From contig JAJYNW010000010.1 of NCBI GenBank assembly GCA_021786105.1, forward strand, positions 1-64,000: a stretch of DNA of 64,000 nt, given 5' to 3'. Shown here piece after piece: positions 56,816 to 64,000 of the stretch. Source of the stretch: a bacterium. Its GTDB lineage: Bacteria > Patescibacteriota > Microgenomatia > Daviesbacterales > UBA10151. Under the pieces are notes generated by a model. That model saw only the letters and a list, made by a program, of their open reading frames with translations, made no database searches and was not told the DNA's origin. The translations under genes and the position numbers were made by a program. Each line of letters opens with the position of its first letter. The stretch's first letter is position 1.

Positions 56816-58347
56816 TAATACTTATTGATTTTGGATCACAAACAGCACATTTAATAGCCCGAAGAATTCGGGAGCTAGGGGTAGGGTGTGAAATTGTGGT
56901 GCCGTCTGAGGCAGCTGAAACAATAAAGCAGAAAAAACCGGAAGGAATTATTTTTTCCGGTGGACCCGCTTCAGTTTACGAAGATGATTCTCCAACTATT
57001 GAAAAAGAGATTTTTGAACTAGGGATTCCGATTTTGGGAATTTGTTACGGTCAGCAATTGATGTGCCAGCTTTTAGGGGGAGAGGTAAAGCCAGGATTTA
57101 AAAAAGAATATGGACCAGCAGTTCTGGAGTCAGTGGATCAGCGGATTGGCGAATCAGGGTTATTTCATGGTATTCCAAGCGGGATAACGGTTTGGATGAG
57201 CCACGGGGATGAGGTGGTTAAAATCCCGGCAGGTTTCCAAACTTTTGCTGTGACAAAAACAATCCCACACGCCGTGATTGAAAATAAAGACAAAAAGATT
57301 TACGGCATTCAATTTCATCCGGAAGTAGTCCATACAGAATTTGGTACCGAGATCTTGGAAAACTTTATTAAGATTTGTGGATTAACCCCCAAAAGGTCAG
57401 AAATAAATGAAGAGTTTGTTAAAAATATTATTGAAGATGTGAAAGATTCGGTGGGGGGCGAAAAAGCAATTTGTGCATTATCCGGAGGTGTTGATTCTTC
57501 TGTTGCAGCCCTCTTAGTTTTTAAAGCAATTGGTAGGAATTTAACCTCTCTTTATATTGATTCAGGACTCATGAGGGAAGGTGAGACAGATGCTTTGCGA
57601 CAAGTTTTTTCCAAACATTATGACATGAATATAAAAGTAATAGATGCAAAAGAAGAATTTTTAAAGAATCTAAAAGAAGTTACAGATCCAGAGCAAAAAA
57701 GAAAAATAATTGGTAAAATTTTTATTGAAGTTTTTGAAAAAGCTGCCAAAGAAAATGGGGCCAAGTTTTTAGTCCAGGGAACAATTTATCCGGATGTAAT
57801 CGAAAGTGCTGGCACCAAACATGCTAAAGTCATTAAATCCCACCATAACGTTGGTGGATTACCGGAAAATATGAATTTGGTTTTAATAGAACCACTCCGG
57901 AATTTTTATAAAGATGAAGTAAGAAAAATTGGTAAAGTCTTGGGATTGCCTGAGGAAATAATTAACCGGCAGCCTTTTCCGGGACCGGGGCTGGCGGTCA
58001 GAATTATCGGTGATGTGACAGAAAAGAAATTAGAGATTTTAAGAAAAGCGGATAAGATAATTCAGGAAGAAATCGGAAAAACTGAATGGTCAGAAAAACT
58101 TTGGCAAGTGTTTGCGGTATTTACCGGAGTAAAAACCACCGGAGTTCGGGGAGATGAACGGGCTTATGGGGAAACAATTGCCATTAGGGCAATTGAGGCT
58201 CAAGATGCCATGTCAGCCAATTTTGCCAAATTACCCTATGAACTTTTAGAAAAAATCTCCACTAGAATTGTGAATGAAGTAAAGGAAGTAAACAGGGTAG
58301 TCTACGACATCACCAACAAGCCTCCTGCTACCATGGAGTGGGAATAA
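56812..58347 (+). CDS. guaA: GMP synthase
   Basis: DFGSQ, GICYGQQ, QFHPEV, SGGVDS, KSHHNVGG, KPPATMEWE. Confidence 0.98.
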   Translation: MIILIDFGSQTAHLIARRIRELGVGCEIVVPSEAAETIKQKKPEGIIFSGGPASVYEDDSPTIEKEIFELGIPILGICYGQQLMCQLLGGEVKPGFKKEYGPAVLESVDQRIGESGLFHGIPSGITVWMSHGDEVVKIPAGFQTFAVTKTIPHAVIENKDKKIYGIQFHPEVVHTEFGTEILENFIKICGLTPKRSEINEEFVKNIIEDVKDSVGGEKAICALSGGVDSSVAALLVFKAIGRNLTSLYIDSGLMREGETDALRQVFSKHYDMNIKVIDAKEEFLKNLKEVTDPEQKRKIIGKIFIEVFEKAAKENGAKFLVQGTIYPDVIESAGTKHAKVIKSHHNVGGLPENMNLVLIEPLRNFYKDEVRKIGKVLGLPEEIINRQPFPGPGLAVRIIGDVTEKKLEILRKADKIIQEEIGKTEWSEKLWQVFAVFTGVKTTGVRGDERAYGETIAIRAIEAQDAMSANFAKLPYELLEKISTRIVNEVKEVNRVVYDITNKPPATMEWE

Positions 58348-58413
58348 AGATTGATTCAATGATTCAACTCATAGTTGACATCTCTTTTGCCTTATAGTAT
58401 GATCACAAAAATT

Positions 58414-60314
<1,901 letters not shown>

Positions 60315-60316
60315 TT

Positions 60317-61333
60317 ATGGGAATTAAAAATTACACAATTGTAACTTTAGGTTCTCACTCCGCCCTGCAAATTTTAAAAGGGGCAAAAGACGAAGGGTTC
60401 AAAACTGCGGTCGTAGCAACTCCCAACAGAATTCCCCTTTATAAATCTTACCCAAACTTTATTGACGAAATTTTAGAGGTAAAATCCTGGAATGAGTTTC
60501 CAAAACTTGAAAGTGAGTTAGTCAAAAGAAATTGTATTGTTATTCCTCATGGATCCTTTGTGGCATATTTGGGAATGGATGAAAATAAAGAAATGAAAGT
60601 GCCTTATTTCGGAAACAAGGCAGTTTTAGATTGGGAGGAAAACCGGAAAATGCAAAGGACTTGGATGGAAGAGTCGGGGGTAAAAGTGCCGCATAGATTC
60701 AAAAGAGGAGATAAGATAGACCGGCCGGTGATTGTAAAATCCCATGGGGCCTCTGGTGGAAAAGGCTATTTTACAGCCAGAAACCAAAAAGAATTTGATG
60801 AAAAATTAAAGAAATATAATGAGGAAAAATTTATGGTTCAAGAATATGTGATCGGAGTACCGCTTTATTTTTCATTTTTCTATTCACCCTTAACAAAAAA
60901 AGTAGAAATAATGAGTATTGATAAACGGTATGAAACGAACGTTGATTCCTTAGGTAGGATTCCGGCGAAAAACCAGAGAGGGTTAAATATTGAGCCATCC
61001 TTTGAGGTGGTGGCAAATATTCCATTGGCTGTTAGGGAATCAATGTTGGCGGAGGCAGTTTCAATGGCGGAAAGGGTGGTTGAAACTTCCCGGAAACTCA
61101 TACCGGAGAAAGGCCTTTTTGGACCATTTTGTCTGGAAACAATTATTACATCAAGTGAGGAAATTTATGTAATTGAAATATCAGCTAGGATTGTTGCCGG
61201 AACTAATTTTTTCATAAATGGTTCGCCTTATACATATCTTTTGTATGATGAACCGATGTCAACAGGTAGACGGATTGCCAGAGAGATTAAAAATGCAATA
61301 AACTTAAATAAATTGAAAGAGGTGTTAGATTGA
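60317..61333 (+). CDS. purP: Archaeal-type FAICAR synthetase PurP (ATP-grasp), paralog 1
   Basis: LGSHSALQILKGAKDEGF, PHGSFVAY, GPFCLE, EISARIVAGTN, MSTGRRIAREI. Confidence 0.9.
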   Translation: MGIKNYTIVTLGSHSALQILKGAKDEGFKTAVVATPNRIPLYKSYPNFIDEILEVKSWNEFPKLESELVKRNCIVIPHGSFVAYLGMDENKEMKVPYFGNKAVLDWEENRKMQRTWMEESGVKVPHRFKRGDKIDRPVIVKSHGASGGKGYFTARNQKEFDEKLKKYNEEKFMVQEYVIGVPLYFSFFYSPLTKKVEIMSIDKRYETNVDSLGRIPAKNQRGLNIEPSFEVVANIPLAVRESMLAEAVSMAERVVETSRKLIPEKGLFGPFCLETIITSSEEIYVIEISARIVAGTNFFINGSPYTYLLYDEPMSTGRRIAREIKNAINLNKLKEVLD

Positions 61334-62418
61334 TGAATAATTACACAATTGCTGTTTTAGGTTCTCACTCTGCTTTAGACGTTTGCCGGGGTGCAAAAGA
61401 TTTAGGATTTAGGACTTTAGTGATTTGCAAAAAGGGAAGAGAAAAAACTTACAAAGATTATTATGCTTCTAATGGCAAATTAGGTTGTGTTGATGAAGTG
61501 ATTGTGCTGGATGAATTTAAAGATATTTTAAATAAAGAGATCCAAGAAGAACTCCTTAAAAAAAATTGTATTTTTGTTCCCCACCGGTCTTTTGAAGTTT
61601 ACATCAATGATTACAATGCGATTGAGAAAAAATTTAAAGTGCCGATGTTTGGGAACAGGTTCTTATTAAAAGCGGAAGAACGGGGAGTCAAACCAAACCA
61701 ATATGATTTATTGGATGCGGCCAAAATCCGCTACCCCAAACAATTTAAAAATCCGGAAAGTATTGACCGGCTTTGTATTGTTAAAGTTTTGGAAAAAGAA
61801 CGGGGATTTGAAAGGGCATTTTTCTTTGCCGAATCTTTTGAAGAGTATAAAGTGGGAGTAGCTCATGGATTGGGTCTAGGCAAGTTTACTGAGGAGCAGA
61901 TAAAAGCAGCAGTGATTGAGGAATTTATTGTGGGGGTGCAAGTAAATTTTAATTTCTTTTATTCACCAGTAAACAAACGGCTCGAACTAATTGGGACTGA
62001 TACCAGAAGGCAAACTAATATTGAGGGTTTAACTAAATTACCATCTATTTACGAAGAAGAGTTAATTAAAAAGATTGGAGTCAAATATGAAGAAGCCGGA
62101 CATATTGCGGTGACGGTTTTAGAATCACTTTTGGAAGATGCATTCGCAATGGGGGAAAGATTTGTAGAGGCTACTCAAAAAATGGTTAAGACCGGTGTGA
62201 TTGGTCCATTTGGTTTGCAAACTATGATTACGGCTGGTCCGCCTAAAAAAGAAATAATTGTTTTTGATGTTTCACCCAGAATGCCGGGGAGCCCGGGAAT
62301 TTTTGCAACTCCGTACGGTAATTATTTATATGGTGAGCATTTATCGATGGGTAAAAGAGTCGCCATGGAAATAAAGGAAGCTTTAGAGAAAGGAGAGTTA
62401 GACAAAGTTTTAACTTAA
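61333..62418 (+). CDS. PurP-like ATP-grasp protein, paralog 2
   Basis: LGSHSALDVCRGAKDLGF, PHRSF, GTDTRRQTN, FDVSPRMPGSP. Confidence 0.85.
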   Translation: MNNYTIAVLGSHSALDVCRGAKDLGFRTLVICKKGREKTYKDYYASNGKLGCVDEVIVLDEFKDILNKEIQEELLKKNCIFVPHRSFEVYINDYNAIEKKFKVPMFGNRFLLKAEERGVKPNQYDLLDAAKIRYPKQFKNPESIDRLCIVKVLEKERGFERAFFFAESFEEYKVGVAHGLGLGKFTEEQIKAAVIEEFIVGVQVNFNFFYSPVNKRLELIGTDTRRQTNIEGLTKLPSIYEEELIKKIGVKYEEAGHIAVTVLESLLEDAFAMGERFVEATQKMVKTGVIGPFGLQTMITAGPPKKEIIVFDVSPRMPGSPGIFATPYGNYLYGEHLSMGKRVAMEIKEALEKGELDKVLT

Positions 62419-62424
62419 CATATT

Positions 62425-62495
62425 GTCATTCTGAGGCGTAGCCGAAGAATCTCAAGATTTAGTCCAGAGATCCTTCACTAATCGTTCAGGATGAC
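62425..62495. repeat. Family A element between purP2 and purH
   Basis: GTCATTCTGAG...GAAGAATCTC...GAGATCCTTCAC...TTCAGGATGAC. Confidence 0.85.
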
Positions 62496-62503
62496 AGAAA
62501 CAT

Positions 62504-64000
62504 ATGAAAACTGATAAACGATTCGCCTTGCTGAGTGTTTATGATAAAACCGGAATTGCTGATTTTGCTAAAGTGCTCCAAAAGTTAGAATATACCATCA
62601 TTTCCACAGGCGGCACACTAAATGTTCTAGAAGAAAACGGCGTTAAGGTAATACCGATTGATGAAATTACCGGTAACCCTAGGGATTCGTTTGACGGCCG
62701 GATGAAAACCATTAGTTTCCAAATTGAGTCAGGTATTTTATTTGATAGAAAAAATTTCAAGCATGTGACAGAAGCTAATAAACTGAATGTGCCGCAAATC
62801 GATATGGTGGTTTGTAATCTTTACCCGTTTGAAGAAAAACCCGGTATTGAAACAATTGATGTGGGTGGTCCAACTATGATCAGGGCAGCTGCCAAAAATC
62901 ATAGCAATGTTTTAGTTGTAGTTAGCCCGGATGATTATGGATTAGTAGCTGATGCTTTGGAGAAAGGAAAGGTAACTGATAAATTAAGAAAGGAATTAGC
63001 ATCAAGAGCCTTTTACCATTTATCGTTTTATGATTCCCAAATTGGCAACTTTTTCTCTGATAAAAAATTTCCTAAGGAATTAACAGTACCACTTAGAAGA
63101 TTAAGCGTTTTGCGGTATGGGGAAAACCCGCACCAGGCCGGTGCTTTATATTTAATGCCAAAGGCTAATTCTCCTTTAGGTAAATTGAAACATCTTTGGG
63201 GTAGGGAATTATCCGGTACAAATATCGGAGATATCTATACCGGCTTGGAAACTGTTAGGCAATTTAGCGAACCGGCGGCAGCAGTGATGAAACATTTGAG
63301 TCCTTGCGGGATAGCTACCGGTAAGACGGCCGAAGAAGCATTAGACAGAGCAGTAAAAGCAGATCCGGTTTCCGCCTTTGGCGGGGTAGTTGTTTTGAAT
63401 AAACCAATGGACTTGAAGGCGGCCAAAATTATTGCCACTTTTAAAAACGAAAAAGAAGGTAATACGGATATCGTGGCAGTGCCGGAAATTTCTGCAGATG
63501 CTTTGGAGCTTTTGAAAAAAGTTAGAAAAACTATGGGAGTTTATACCTTTGGTAAGATTCCTGCAAACAGGACTGAAAATTGGGATTTGAAATATTTTGC
63601 CGGGGCAGTACTGTTGCAGGATTATGATGATAATGTAGAAAAAAGTTTTGCTAGTTGGAAAGTCGTGACTAAGAAAAAGCCAACTCAAAAACAGCTGGAG
63701 CTAATGCATTTTGGTTTTAAGGCAGTAAAGGCGGTTAAATCAAATTCTGTTTTGGTGGTGGATAAAAATATCCCAATGACGCGAGGAATTGGTTCCGGAC
63801 AAACTTCCCGGATTGGAGCTACTAAAATTGCTTTGGAACAAGCCGGGGATTTGGCCAAAAGTGGTATTCTAATAAGTGACAGCTTTTTTCCGTTTGATGA
63901 TAGCGTTAAGATGGCGGTGAAATTTGGCATTGGGGTAATCGCGGAACAGGGCGGATCGATAAATGACCAGATGTCCGTGATAGCTGCTGATGAGGCTGGT
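62504..64000 (+). CDS. purH: Bifunctional AICAR transformylase/IMP cyclohydrolase (runs off the window; absent from the ORF track)
   Basis: MKTDKRFALLSVYDKTG, STGGT, IDVGGPTMIRAAAKN, LRYGENPHQ, KHLSPCG, VKSN, SDSFFPF. Confidence 0.93.
   Translation, partial: MKTDKRFALLSVYDKTGIADFAKVLQKLEYTIISTGGTLNVLEENGVKVIPIDEITGNPRDSFDGRMKTISFQIESGILFDRKNFKHVTEANKLNVPQIDMVVCNLYPFEEKPGIETIDVGGPTMIRAAAKNHSNVLVVVSPDDYGLVADALEKGKVTDKLRKELASRAFYHLSFYDSQIGNFFSDKKFPKELTVPLRRLSVLRYGENPHQAGALYLMPKANSPLGKLKHLWGRELSGTNIGDIYTGLETVRQFSEPAAAVMKHLSPCGIATGKTAEEALDRAVKADPVSAFGGVVVLNKPMDLKAAKIIATFKNEKEGNTDIVAVPEISADALELLKKVRKTMGVYTFGKIPANRTENWDLKYFAGAVLLQDYDDNVEKSFASWKVVTKKKPTQKQLELMHFGFKAVKAVKSNSVLVVDKNIPMTRGIGSGQTSRIGATKIALEQAGDLAKSGILISDSFFPFDDSVKMAVKFGIGVIAEQGGSINDQMSVIAADEAG

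Overview
64 kb of a low-GC bacterial chromosome using the standard code (TGA = stop). Gene content and style suggest a Patescibacteria/CPR genome, probably Microgenomates-like; this is inferred from short EF-Ts, trigger factor without a PPIase domain, a reduced rpsB-tsf-frr-rseP-proS cluster, PaaX/Cas2-like regulators and scattered ORFans. It carries mreCD-PBP2, dprA, a membrane-anchored Clp ATPase, topA, translation genes, and unusually rich biosynthesis: a DapL-type lysine operon without dapF, pyrimidine/dTMP genes, and de novo purine genes including a PurN-PurD fusion and two archaeal-type PurP next to PurH. Mobile DNA comprises the tail of an IS481/IS3-like element at the left edge and a complete 2257-bp IS1595-family element with IRs, an 8-bp TSD and passenger genes. 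Most interesting: (1) two wHTH+Cas2-like (PaaX-like) paralogs, each bracketed on BOTH sides by its own CGGCCG-centred palindromic direct repeat lying in a 19-bp-spacer promoter; (2) several families of palindromic and 7/8-mer micro-elements inserted in frame in essential enzymes or ending about 6-14 nt before start codons. No tRNA, rRNA or CRISPR array was seen. All calls are by eye from motifs; no database searches were run.
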